Of a stretch of 64,000 bases of DNA, positions 31,592-41,700 are shown one piece after another. Source of the stretch: an uncultured delta proteobacterium (GTDB lineage Bacteria > Myxococcota > UBA727 > VGSZ01); NCBI GenBank assembly GCA_963775425.1, contig CAVZJB010000011.1:1024001-1088000 (forward strand), given 5' to 3'. Both the position numbers and the translations under genes were made by a program. The notes below the pieces were generated by a model. That model saw only the letters and a program-made list of their open reading frames with translations. It was not told where the DNA came from and searched no databases. Each line of letters opens with the position of its first letter. Positions within the stretch are counted from its first letter, which is position 1.

Positions 31592-32308
31592 TCACAACCG
31601 TCCCGCGAGGGGCCACACCTGGACCGGCTCGAAGCCGAGGCGGTCGCAGGCGATGAGGCGATACACGACGCCGTTCCGCTCCCCCTCGAAGGCGGTCTTG
31701 TGGGCGCGGGCCCCGTGGAGGTGGCCGTAGACGCACAGCTTGACGCCGTGCTCCTCGATGAGCCGGGAGTACGCCGTGTCCTTCTGCGCGCGATCGAACG
31801 GGGGGTAGTGGATGGCGGCGATGAGCGGGCGCTCCCCGGCGAGGGCCCGGCCCGCCTCGAGAGAGCTCTTCAGGCGTCCGACCTCGCGAAGGTAGATCTT
31901 GTCGTCGGCGGCGTCGAAGTCGAGGGCGCCGGGGCACGCCCACAGCCGGCTCCCGGCGACCACGACGTCGCCCAGGTCCACGGCGTCGTTCTGGAGCGCG
32001 ACCAGGGTGGGCGGGAGCGCGCGGCGGACCTTGCCGATGGCGGACCACCAGTAGTCGTGGTTGCCACGGGTGAGCACCTTGACGCGTCCGGGGCGCGCCG
32101 CGATCCACGCGAGGTCCTTGGCTGCCTCTTCGAGCTTCATGGCCCACGAGAGGTCGCCGGGGCAAAGCACGACGTCGTCGGCGCCCACCATCTCGTCCCA
32201 CGCCGCCGCCATCTTCTCGTGGTGGCCGCGCCAGTGCTCGCCGAAGACGTGCATGGGCTTGTCCGTCGAGAAGGACAGGTGCAGGTCCGAGATCCCGTAG
32301 ATCCTCAT
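31592..32308 (-). CDS. Metallophosphoesterase (calcineurin-like)
   Basis: ISDLHL, PGDLSW, RGNHDYW, HYPP, YGHLH. Confidence 0.9.
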   Translation of the reverse strand: MRIYGISDLHLSFSTDKPMHVFGEHWRGHHEKMAAAWDEMVGADDVVLCPGDLSWAMKLEEAAKDLAWIAARPGRVKVLTRGNHDYWWSAIGKVRRALPPTLVALQNDAVDLGDVVVAGSRLWACPGALDFDAADDKIYLREVGRLKSSLEAGRALAGERPLIAAIHYPPFDRAQKDTAYSRLIEEHGVKLCVYGHLHGARAHKTAFEGERNGVVYRLIACDRLGFEPVQVWPLAGRL

Positions 32309-32371
32309 GACGTCGGCGGGCTATCAAATGTCCCGATGGTTGGCGATGCACCAAGAGACGACCACGGCCGG

Positions 32372-32959
32372 ATGCCCGCGGTCCTGCCCACGATCTTCCC
32401 CGCGCCGGTGTCGTGGCCCGCGGTGTTCGGCCGGCGCGCGCCGCTCGAGGTGGAGCTCGGCTTCGGCCGGCCGCACTTCCTCCTCGAGAGGGCGCGCGAG
32501 GCGCCGGAGCGCGACATCGTCGGCATCGAGTGGAAGGGCCGCTGGCCGCGCGCGGTGTGGGAGAAGCAGGCGCGCGGCGAGGCGCCCAACGTGCGCGCGG
32601 TGCACGGCAACGCGTGGCTGCTGTTCGGGGCGCTGTTTCAACCGTCATCGCTGTCGTCCATCTTCATCAACTTCCCGGACCCCTGGTGGAAGGCGCGCCA
32701 CAAGAAGCGGCGCATCGTGAGCGACGCCTTCGCCTCGCTGTTCGCCAGCCGCCTCGTCCCCGGCGGCATGGTGCTGGTGCAGACGGACGTGGCGTCCCTC
32801 CTCGAGGAGATGCTCGAGCGGCTCGAGGTGCAGCTCGACAACCCCTGGGGACGTGGGCGTTTGTGCCCGAAAAAGCCGGTCGGCGCGTCGTCGCACCGCG
32901 AGAAGCGCTGCCGCGCCGACGGTGTGCCGATCTTTCGCGCCGTCGTCGTGAAGCGCTAA
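32372..32959 (+). CDS. trmB: tRNA (guanine-N7)-methyltransferase-like
   Basis: EVELGFG, GIE, INFPDPWWKARHKKRRI, QTD, SHRE. Confidence 0.8.
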   Translation: MPAVLPTIFPAPVSWPAVFGRRAPLEVELGFGRPHFLLERAREAPERDIVGIEWKGRWPRAVWEKQARGEAPNVRAVHGNAWLLFGALFQPSSLSSIFINFPDPWWKARHKKRRIVSDAFASLFASRLVPGGMVLVQTDVASLLEEMLERLEVQLDNPWGRGRLCPKKPVGASSHREKRCRADGVPIFRAVVVKR

Positions 32960-32971
32960 CGTCGACGCGAG

Positions 32972-34514
32972 ATGCGCCCGCTCGCCCTCCTCGCGCTCCT
33001 CCTCGCGCCCGCCGCGCCCCCGCCGGTGGGCGCGTCGGCGGCGTCTTCGCGCCACGCGCTTCACCTGCTGCTCACCACCGACGAGCACGGCTGGCTCGAG
33101 CCGCTCAAGGACAACAAGGCCAAGGTCGCGCGCGGCGGCGTCGTCAACCTCTATGACACGCTCCGCGCCGAGGGCTACCCCGGCGCCGGCTTCGTGCTCC
33201 TCAGCGACGGCGACATGTGGACGGGCCCGTACGAGAGCACGGTGCGCGAGGGCGCCCCCATGGTCGCGGCCATGAGCCGCATGGGCTACGCCGCCGCCGC
33301 CGTCGGCAACCACGAGTTCGACTTCGGCGTCCGCGCGCTCGACCAGCGCGCCAAGGCCTCGAAGTTCCCGTTCCTCGCGGCCAACCTCGTCGAGCGCGCC
33401 ACCGGGAAGATCCCGTCGTGGGCCAAGCCGTTCGTCGTCCTCGACGTCGACGGTGTGAAGCTCGGCGTGGTGGGCCTCGCGTGCATCGAGTCGCCCGAGA
33501 CCACCGATCCGAAGAACCTTACGGGCCTCGACTTCCTCCAGTACGCCGCGAGCCTTGACCGGTGGATCCCCAAGGCGCGCGCGGCCGGCGCCGAGGAGAT
33601 CGTCGTGCTCGTGCACGAGTCGATGTCGGCGGAGCAGGCGCTCATGCCCACGCTGCGCAAGCACCACGTGCGCGCCGTCGCGTTCGGCCACCACCACGTG
33701 CAGGGCACCGACATCGACGACAACGGCACCGCCGACGTCGACGACGACGTCGTCGCCTGCAACGCCGGCGCGTACATGCGCAGCTTCTGCCGCATCGACC
33801 TGGAGCTCGAGGGGCGCACGCTCGTGTCGCGCAAGGTCGAGATCAAGCAGGTGACGAGGCCGCTCGGCGAGGCGCCGCCGCCGGTCGCCGATCACCCGCC
33901 GGCCGGCGATCCGCGCCTCTCGGCCATCGTCGCCGATGCGGAGAGGTCCGCCGAGAAGATGGGCGGCGAGGTGCTCGTCGAAAACGCCGCGCTCCTCGAG
34001 CGCGGGCCCGACGGCCCGCTCGGCCAGCTCGTCGTCGACGCGTGGCGGAGCGCGCTGCCCTACGCGCAGGTGGCGGTCACCAACGCGGGCGGCCTGCGCC
34101 AGGACCTGCCCGCGGGCCCGGTGCGGGTGCGGGACGTCGTGAGCGTGCTGCCGTTCAACAACACGCTGCTCGTCGTCGATTCTCACGGGCAAGCAACTGC
34201 GCGAGATCCTCTCGCTGCCGTACTCCGTCGTGAGCGGCGTGCGCTTCACGTACAAAGACGACGGCGAAGCCCGCGCCGTGACGTCCCTGGTGGACGAGAC
34301 CGGCAAAGCGGTGGCCGACGACGCGCGGCTCAAGGTCATCATCAACGACTTCATGTTCCGTGGCGGCGACGGCTATCCCTTCCAGGCGTGGCACACCGAG
34401 CCCGAGGAGACCGCCATCGACTGGCGCGAGCCGGTGCTGCGCGCGCTGCGCCAGATGGGGAAGGCCAGGAAGAAGCTGGTGGTCAGGGCCGATGATCGGG
34501 CGAAGAAGCTGTAG
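32972..34514 (+). CDS. Secreted 5'-nucleotidase/UshA-like metallophosphatase; one-base insertion near 34180
   Basis: TDEHG, GDMWTG, GNHEFD, GHHH, NAGGLR, LPFNN. Removing one T gives VVDLTGKQLREIL and continues to NDFMFRGGDGY. Confidence 0.85.
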
Positions 34515-34890
34515 ACGCGGCGCCTGCCGGCTTCTGCTTCGCCTCGACGACGATCCAGTCGCTGCCGTCGGTGGTCATCCCCTCGAAGCTCACCACGCGC
34601 CACGGGACGCCGCCGGCGGTCTCGCGCCACAGGTCCGAGCCCTGCGGCCGCACCACCACGCCCCGCTGTTTGCCGCCTTCTTCGACGACGACGTGGAAAG
34701 CGCCGGCGCCGGCCGCCTCCCAGCGGTCGTACCGGAAGGTGGCGCCGTACGGGGAGGACCAGTCGTCGCCCACCGCGATGCGACCCGAGCGCGACGACGG
34801 CGGCGGCGGCGACAGCGCCACCCACGCGCCGGCGCCGAGCGCGAGCACCGCGAGCGCTGCGCCGGCGAACAGCGCGGGCTTGCGCGTCAT
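34483..34890 (-). CDS. Hypothetical membrane-anchored protein, paralogous to the C-terminal domain of the upstream gene
   Basis: N-terminal TM followed by a WSSPYGATFRY..VEEGG..GVPW..WIVV domain; ATGA coupling. Confidence 0.65.
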   Translation of the reverse strand: MTRKPALFAGAALAVLALGAGAWVALSPPPPSSRSGRIAVGDDWSSPYGATFRYDRWEAAGAGAFHVVVEEGGKQRGVVVRPQGSDLWRETAGGVPWRVVSFEGMTTDGSDWIVVEAKQKPAGAASTASSPDHRP

Positions 34891-36113
34891 GGCTTGCGCG
34901 CCAGGACGACGATCCACGTCGCCTGGGTACCCGTGTCGTCCCAGCTCGAGAGCTTGAACGGGACCCCGACCGCGGTGCGCTCGCCCCTGGCCTCGTGCGC
35001 GCCGAAGCGCACCGTCTGCGTGTCGCCGCCCTTCTCGACGTCGATGATGAAGCCGAGATCGGGCACGTCCGCGATGCCCGCGTCGTACGTGCCGGCGTAG
35101 GTGAACGTGGCCCCGTACGGCGACGTCCACGACTCGTGGAAGTGGAGCAGGTGCTCGCTGGTGTCCGGGCGGCGCAGCCGGTTGAACGCGATGAGCGCCA
35201 CGAGCAGCGCCGCCACCGTGCCCGCGGCGACGAGCATCTTCCTCTTTCGCGCGCGCTCCGCCGGCGTGGGCGGCAGCTTGTCGCGCCAGCTCACGCGGGG
35301 CAGCGGCGCCGGCGGCGGCGCGGAGGGCTCGCCGACCTCCTCCGGCAGCGTGGCGCTCGGATCGTGCGCCGCGCGGCGGGGATCCACGGCGAGGTCCAGG
35401 CTCGGCAGCGGCGCCGGTTGAAACGGCGCCGGCTGCTGCCCCGCTTCGCGCTTCGGCGGAGGGAACCTGCGCATGAGCCACGCGGCCACCACGCCGGCGT
35501 GCGCGAGATCGGCGGTGCCCACCTCGTCGAGCCCGGAGAGCTTGGCGCCGTGGCGCTCGAGCCCGCGCTCGATGTGCGCGTGCTTGGCGCGCTTGTGGAC
35601 GAAGTCGACGAAGGCCTCCACGACGTCGTCGGGCTCTTCGGCGTGCTTGACGATCTTGCCGAGCTCGGCGCCGGGGATGCGCACGATGACGGCGCCGGGG
35701 CCGTCGCGCAGCCCGAGCACGACAAAGAGCCGGCGCGCGCCGGCCGCCGACTGGCCGCCGGTGACGACGAGCCGGATGCTCGACGAGCCCACCTTGAGCT
35801 CCTCGCCGCTCGGGCCGATGAACAGGAGCCCGTCGCCCTGCGGCTCGGCCCAGGTGGCCTCGAACGCTTGCTCGACGGCCTCGGCGACGTCGTATTGCTG
35901 AACGACGTGCGGGACCAGGCCCGCTGCGGCGAGGCGGTCGGCGATGGCGGTGGCCTCCCGCTGCGTCTGCGCGCTCAGGACGACGCGGCCGAGCGACGGC
36001 GCGACGAGCGCGCGGCGCCACTCGGCTTCGGGCTTGCGCGTGTCCCTGGCGAGGCGCTCGATGAGCTCGTCGTCGAGGTTGGTGACGCCGTCGATGGCGA
36101 CCAGGAGCTTCAT
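34887..36113 (-). CDS. Hypothetical single-pass membrane protein
   Basis: Protein-like 408 aa ORF with a Pro-rich linker, one TM and a C-terminal WTSPYGATFTY domain. Confidence 0.7.
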   Translation of the reverse strand: MKLLVAIDGVTNLDDELIERLARDTRKPEAEWRRALVAPSLGRVVLSAQTQREATAIADRLAAAGLVPHVVQQYDVAEAVEQAFEATWAEPQGDGLLFIGPSGEELKVGSSSIRLVVTGGQSAAGARRLFVVLGLRDGPGAVIVRIPGAELGKIVKHAEEPDDVVEAFVDFVHKRAKHAHIERGLERHGAKLSGLDEVGTADLAHAGVVAAWLMRRFPPPKREAGQQPAPFQPAPLPSLDLAVDPRRAAHDPSATLPEEVGEPSAPPPAPLPRVSWRDKLPPTPAERARKRKMLVAAGTVAALLVALIAFNRLRRPDTSEHLLHFHESWTSPYGATFTYAGTYDAGIADVPDLGFIIDVEKGGDTQTVRFGAHEARGERTAVGVPFKLSSWDDTGTQATWIVVLARKP

Positions 36114-36192
36114 GAGCGGAATCTACATCAGCGCGCGCGCCCCGGGCACGTCGCCGACCCGTCGCCGACCCGTCGCCGCCGGCCCGCGGGGC

Positions 36193-37403
36193 TCACGCTC
36201 GAACCGCGCGCCAGGCGGCGCCGACGGCGACGAGCGCGAGGGCGGCCAACGCGCCCCACGTCGCCGCCGCGCCGGCGTGTTGGAGCAGCGCGCCGCACAG
36301 GAGCGCACCGAGCGCGCCGCCGACGCCGAACGACGACGACACCACGGTCCCCTGCGCGGCCTGCCGCATGTGCGCCGGCGACCGCTGGGCGACGAGGCCG
36401 ACCAGCGCCGCAAAGAACAGGCCGAAGGTGATGCCATGAAGTCCGTTGAGCGCGACGAAGGCGACAGGAGAGGTCGTGATGGCGGTGAGCGAGAAGCGAA
36501 CGAAGGCGAGCGCGGTGGTGGCGACGAGCACCCTCTTGCCGCCGAAGCGCCCGATCACGAGCCCGCTCATGCGAAGCGCGGCCACCTCGACGACGATGGC
36601 GGCGGCGAGGCTGCCGGCGACGCTCCACGTGGGCAGCCCGCGGGCCGCGGCGAGCGGCAACAGGAAGCTCACGTAGCCGATGTGGCTGCACCACAGGATC
36701 GTGGTGGTGAGGAACAGCCCGCGCATGTCCTTTCCGAGGAGGACGGGCAGGACGTCGCGCGCCCGGCCGAGCGCCGGCCGCGCCAGGCGCGGCACGAACA
36801 AGACGGCGACGCCGGCGGCGCCCGTGAGCACGGCGCAGGCGGGGAAGACGATCGAGGGGAGCGGGACGAAGGTGCCGCGGTCGACCAGCATCGTCGACGA
36901 AAACGACGTCACGCCGAACCCGACCGTGCCCCACAGGCGCCAACGCCCGAAGTGGCGCGCGGCGCTCGGCTTCCCCTCTCGCGAGGCGGGGGCTCGCTCC
37001 CCGCGTCCTGCCGGCTCCCCGCCGGTGAGCGCCGTCAACGTCAGCCCGTCGAGCATGCTCCCCGACGGGCCGCACAGCAGGCCGTAGAGGCCGAACACGA
37101 CGACGGCGGCGGGGGCGCGCGTCACGAACGACAGCGCGGCGAGGAGCGCGGCGCCCGACAAGAGCGCGGCCGCTGCGAAGGGGCGCGCGTCGCCGCGCTT
37201 GTCGGCGAGGATCCCCCACAGGCCGGGGCCGACGACGGCGAGCACGCTGCGCGCGGCCCACATGGCGCCGACGGCGGACAACGAGAGGCCGGCGTTCATC
37301 ATCGCGGCGGACGTCAGCGGGAGTTGGAGCCCGCTCGATGAGAACGCGAGCGCGTAGGCGACGGCCAGGACGAGGAGGGCAGGGTTGTTCAGGCGACGGG
37401 CAT
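36193..37403 (-). CDS. MFS transporter (MFS_1-like); start uncertain
   Basis: LWGILADKRG, FGRWRLWGTVGF, LHGITFG. The frame is open upstream of the listed ATG; the ATG at 37403 is out of frame by one base. Confidence 0.8.
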
Positions 37404-37452
37404 GCTAGCGTCCCCCGAGGCAGGAGGCCTCATCCATGAGGGTACAACCAAC

Positions 37453-38799
37453 ATGACGGCGAGGGAGACGGCCGAGAGCTTGTTCGCCAAGGGCGACGCG
37501 TCCTTCAAGCGTGGCCAGTGGCGGCCGGCCATCCAGGCGTTCGCCGGCGTGGTGAAGGCCGTGCCCGGGCACCTGCGCGCCCGCTTTCGCGTGGCCGACG
37601 CGCTCCTCAACATCGGGCGGCGCGACCTCGCCGTCGACGTCTACAAGGCCATCGCCGCGCACGCCACCAACGGCGGCTACCCGCTCGTCGGCCTGGTCGC
37701 GGCCAAGATGGTCCTCCTGCTCGAGCCGGCCGACGAGGAAGTGGTGCTCGCGCTCGCGGAGCTCTACGCCAAGGAGAGCGCGCGCGTGGACGGCCTCTGG
37801 GACGGCCCGGCGCTCGTCGCGGCCGGCGAGCAGCCCGCGTCGTCGTTGACGCTCGACGGGGACGAGCTCCTGGCGCACGCGGCGCGGATCGCGGCGGGGG
37901 CCGAGGGGACACCGCCGCACCCGGATGCGGCGCGGCCGCTCCCTGCGGTCGCCGAGCGCCTGCCGGCCATCCCGCTGTTCTCGTTCTTCGACGAGGACGC
38001 CTTCGTGGAGGTGCTCGGCAACCTGCGCCTGCGCCGCTTCGCCGACGAGGAGATCATCATTCGCGAAGGCGAGCGCGGCGAGAGCTTCTTCATGGTCGCC
38101 GACGGCGACGTGCTCGTGAAGCGCGACATCGACGACGACGAGGGCGGCGTCACGCTCGCCCATCTGCACCGCGGCAGCGTGTTCGGCGAGATGGCCCTCA
38201 TCTCGGACGAGCCCCGGCAGGCCAGCGTGGTGGCCAAGGGCGACGTCGACGTCCTCGAGATGAAGCGCAGCAATCTCATCGTCGCCGCGGCGCACCACGA
38301 GGGCGTGTCGCAGGCGCTCAAGCTGTTCACGCGCGAGCGCTTCCTGCGCAACCTCACCGCCACCCACCCGTTCTTCTCCGGGCTCTCGCGCGAAGATCGC
38401 CACGAAGTGATGGAGAGCTTCCGCATCGTCACCTGCGCGCAGGGCCACGAGCTCATCCAGGAGGGCGCCGCCGCCCCTGGGCTGTTCCTGCTCCTCGGCG
38501 GCTCCGCCAGCGTCGACAAGCAGGCCGGCGGCGATCGGGTTCACCTCGCCACGCTCCGCGGCGGCGACGTCTGCGGCGAGATGTCCCTCATCGGCGATCA
38601 GCCCACCACGGCCACCGTCACCGCCGAAGAGGACCTCGAGGCGTTGTTCCTCGCGCGCGAGGACTTCAAGGCCGTGGTGCGTCGTCACCCCGAGCTGATG
38701 AAGTACCTCGCCGGTCTCACGGACGAGCGGCTGCGGCAGAACCGCGCGCTCCTCCACGCGCGCGGCCTCCTCGAGGACGACGAGCACGTGATGATCTGA
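37453..38799 (+). CDS. TPR plus tandem cyclic-nucleotide-binding domain protein
   Basis: N-terminal TPR; IIREGERGESFF..FGEMALI..PRQASV and LIQEG..CGEMSLI..PTTATV. Confidence 0.9.
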   Translation: MTARETAESLFAKGDASFKRGQWRPAIQAFAGVVKAVPGHLRARFRVADALLNIGRRDLAVDVYKAIAAHATNGGYPLVGLVAAKMVLLLEPADEEVVLALAELYAKESARVDGLWDGPALVAAGEQPASSLTLDGDELLAHAARIAAGAEGTPPHPDAARPLPAVAERLPAIPLFSFFDEDAFVEVLGNLRLRRFADEEIIIREGERGESFFMVADGDVLVKRDIDDDEGGVTLAHLHRGSVFGEMALISDEPRQASVVAKGDVDVLEMKRSNLIVAAAHHEGVSQALKLFTRERFLRNLTATHPFFSGLSREDRHEVMESFRIVTCAQGHELIQEGAAAPGLFLLLGGSASVDKQAGGDRVHLATLRGGDVCGEMSLIGDQPTTATVTAEEDLEALFLAREDFKAVVRRHPELMKYLAGLTDERLRQNRALLHARGLLEDDEHVMI

Positions 38800-38866
38800 G
38801 CCGAACGGGCTCGCGTCGCGGCCGGGGGGCTCGTCCCCCGGCGCCGCTATCGGTACATTCGGCGGG

Positions 38867-40267
38867 ATGGAGGGCACCCCGAACGGCCTCGCGTATTTCG
38901 CGCTCTTCGCCTTCATCCCGTTCGGCCTGGGGCTCTTCTCGCTCGCTCGTCCGTCCATCGCCGCCCTGCTCGTCTTCCTGCTGTCGTACATGTTCCTGCC
39001 GGAGATCGTGTCGCTCGACCTGCCGGGCTTCCCCGGCTTCGGCAAGCAGGAGGTGGCGGCGCTCACGGCGTTGCTCGGCTGCCTCCTGCGCGCGCGCCGG
39101 AAGCTGTGGGCCGCACGTCCGCTGCGTGGTCCCGACCTGCTCATCCTGCTGCTGTTCGTCGGCGACATCCTCACGGCGCTCACCAACCGCGACCCGATCG
39201 CGCACGGCCCGACGCACCTGCCGGGGCTGTCGCTCCACGAGGGCATCAGCCTCATCATCTACGACTCCTTTCACTACTTCATCCCGTTCCTCCTCGGGCG
39301 CGCGCTGTTCGTCACCACCAAGGACGTGCGGCAGCTCCTGGCGGCGATGGCGCTGGCGGCGGCGGCGTACACGCCGTTTCTCTTCATCGAGATCATGATG
39401 TCGCCGCAGATGAACGTGTGGATCTACGGCTTTCACCAGCACAGCTTCCTCCAGACGCTGCGCGGCGGCGGTTACCGGCCGATGGTGTTCATGCCGCACG
39501 GCCTCGCCGTCGGGCTGTTCATGGCCCAGGGCTCCATGGCCGCCCTGCTGCTGTTCCGCCTGAGGAAGGCGGTGTTGGGCTTGCCCTCGGCGTTCGTCGG
39601 CGCCTGGGACTTCGGCTTCCTCATCGCCTGCAAGAGCCTCGGCGCCGCCGTCTACACCCTCGCCATGGGCCCGGTGCTCTGGTTGCTCCGCCCGAAGGGC
39701 ATGGTGCGCATCGCGAGCATCCTCGCCGCCCTGGTGCTGACCTATCCCGTGCTGCGCGCCACGAGCATCTTCCCCGAGCAGGGGCTCGTGAGCGTCGCCA
39801 AGAGCGTCGCCGGAGGCGCGCGGGCGCAGTCGCTGGCGTACCGCTTCCACATGGAGACGGTGTTGTCCGATCACGCGCGCGAACGGCCGCTCTTCGGCTG
39901 GGGCCGCTTCCGCCGCAACATGGTGTTCGACGACTACACGGGCCGCGACGTCTCGGTCAGCGACGGCTTTTGGATCGTCACCTACTCCATCCGCGGCGCG
40001 TGGGGCTTCATCTGCTCGTTCTTGTTGATCCTGTCGCCCATCTTCTATTTGCGCCGGCGCCTGCGGCGCATCACCGAGAAGGACGAGCGCTTGATGCTGG
40101 CGGGCCTCGCGTGCATCTACGCCGTGGGAGCCGTCGACCTGTTGCCGAATGCGCTTCAGAACGTGATCACGCTGTTCGTCGGTGGCGCCCTCTACGGCGC
40201 CACGCGTTCGTTCTCGCTCGCACGGTCCGAACCGCCTGAACCGCCACTCGAGGAGTCGCCGTCGTGA
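38867..40267 (+). CDS. O-antigen ligase/Wzy-like membrane protein
   Basis: About 11 TMs; GYRPMVFMPHGL, RAQSLAYRF, RPLFGWG..RN, SDGFWI. Confidence 0.8.
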   Translation: MEGTPNGLAYFALFAFIPFGLGLFSLARPSIAALLVFLLSYMFLPEIVSLDLPGFPGFGKQEVAALTALLGCLLRARRKLWAARPLRGPDLLILLLFVGDILTALTNRDPIAHGPTHLPGLSLHEGISLIIYDSFHYFIPFLLGRALFVTTKDVRQLLAAMALAAAAYTPFLFIEIMMSPQMNVWIYGFHQHSFLQTLRGGGYRPMVFMPHGLAVGLFMAQGSMAALLLFRLRKAVLGLPSAFVGAWDFGFLIACKSLGAAVYTLAMGPVLWLLRPKGMVRIASILAALVLTYPVLRATSIFPEQGLVSVAKSVAGGARAQSLAYRFHMETVLSDHARERPLFGWGRFRRNMVFDDYTGRDVSVSDGFWIVTYSIRGAWGFICSFLLILSPIFYLRRRLRRITEKDERLMLAGLACIYAVGAVDLLPNALQNVITLFVGGALYGATRSFSLARSEPPEPPLEESPS

Positions 40268-41700
40268 AGATCGCCGTTGCCGCCATCGTCGCGCTGTCTT
40301 GCGCGTGTACGCCGAGCAAGGCGCGCTCGGCGGAGAAGCACGACGTGGGCACGAACCTCGCGCCGGTCCGCGACTGGAGCCCGGAGCGACCCTTCGCAGA
40401 CTTGATGAAGCAGTCGCGAGCGTGGATCTCGAACACGTCCGAGACCTGGGACGACGGCCGCCCGCTCGCCGTCGACGCGCACGGTTGGGTCCGCTCGCTC
40501 CTGCCAGGGCAGCGCGCACGGACGTTGGTGATGTGGGGCGAGCCCATCGAAAAGGGCGACTACGTGGTCACCTGGAGCGGGCACGGCACGCTCGACTTCT
40601 GGCCGCAGGACACGCCGTCGTCGTCGTCGGGCCGCGCGGTCATCCACGCGGATCCCGCGCGGGGCGGGCTGGCCGTGACCGTCACCGCCCTGGATGCGAA
40701 GGATCCGGTGAGGGATATCCACGTGGTCCGTTCCGGCGACGAGGGGAAGGAATTCTCGCCCAGGTTCCTCGAGAGCTTGCACGGGTACTCCACGCTGCGC
40801 TTCATGGACTGGATGGAGACCAACGACGCGAAGGCCGTCCACTTCAGCGAGCGCCCCACGGTCGCCGACGCCCGCTGGAGCGAGCGCGGGGTGCCGCTCG
40901 AGGTCATGGTGGATCTCTGCAACCAGACGAAGACGGACATGTGGCTCACCATCCCCGACACCTGGGACGCCGACGCCGTCGCCCGCGCCGCGGCGCTCGT
41001 CCACCAGCGCCTCGACCCCAAGCGCACGCTCTACGTCGAGCACTCGAACGAGGTCTGGAACGGCATGTTCCAGCAGGCCAAGCGTGCGCAAGCCGCGGGG
41101 CTCGCGCGCGGCCTCTCGAAGAACCCGTTCGAGGCACAGTTGCGCGAGCACGCACAGAAGAGCGGGGAGGTCTTCGCCGCCTTCGCCAAGGTGTTCGCCA
41201 AGGATCGGTATCGCCTCGTGCGCGTGTTGGGGTCGCAGGCAGCGACGCCGTGGGCCTCCGAGGTGCTCTTGTCGGAGAAGGGGGTCTCGGCGGACGCGGT
41301 CGCCATCGCCCCCTACTTCGGCGCCGGCGTGCGCGGCGGCACCGTCGACGAGATCATGAAGCAGCTCGGCAAGAGCATCGACGAGCAAAACGAGCTCATC
41401 CAGAAGCACAAGAGGATCGCGGCGCACTATGGCGTCCGTCTGCTCGCGTACGAGGGCGGCCAGCACCTGGTCGGCGACAACAAGGCGTTCATCGACGCCA
41501 ACCGCGACCCGCGCATGAGGGCGCTCTACCTGCGTTCCCTGAAGGGTTGGAGCGAAGGTGGCGGCGGGCTCTTCCTGCACTACTACGACGTCGGCATGCC
41601 GGGTAAGTTCGGATCCTGGGGCGCGCGCGAGCACGTCGATCAACCGCGGGCCCAGGCGCCCAAGCTCGATGCCCTGATGACGTTCGCGGAGAATCGATGA
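40264..41700 (+). CDS. Putative glycoside hydrolase-like ('cellulose-binding' family) lipoprotein
   Basis: Cys-containing signal peptide; LRFMDW, YVEHSNEVWN, AIAPYF, LAYEGGQHL, FGSWG. Confidence 0.7.
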   Translation: MKIAVAAIVALSCACTPSKARSAEKHDVGTNLAPVRDWSPERPFADLMKQSRAWISNTSETWDDGRPLAVDAHGWVRSLLPGQRARTLVMWGEPIEKGDYVVTWSGHGTLDFWPQDTPSSSSGRAVIHADPARGGLAVTVTALDAKDPVRDIHVVRSGDEGKEFSPRFLESLHGYSTLRFMDWMETNDAKAVHFSERPTVADARWSERGVPLEVMVDLCNQTKTDMWLTIPDTWDADAVARAAALVHQRLDPKRTLYVEHSNEVWNGMFQQAKRAQAAGLARGLSKNPFEAQLREHAQKSGEVFAAFAKVFAKDRYRLVRVLGSQAATPWASEVLLSEKGVSADAVAIAPYFGAGVRGGTVDEIMKQLGKSIDEQNELIQKHKRIAAHYGVRLLAYEGGQHLVGDNKAFIDANRDPRMRALYLRSLKGWSEGGGGLFLHYYDVGMPGKFGSWGAREHVDQPRAQAPKLDALMTFAENR

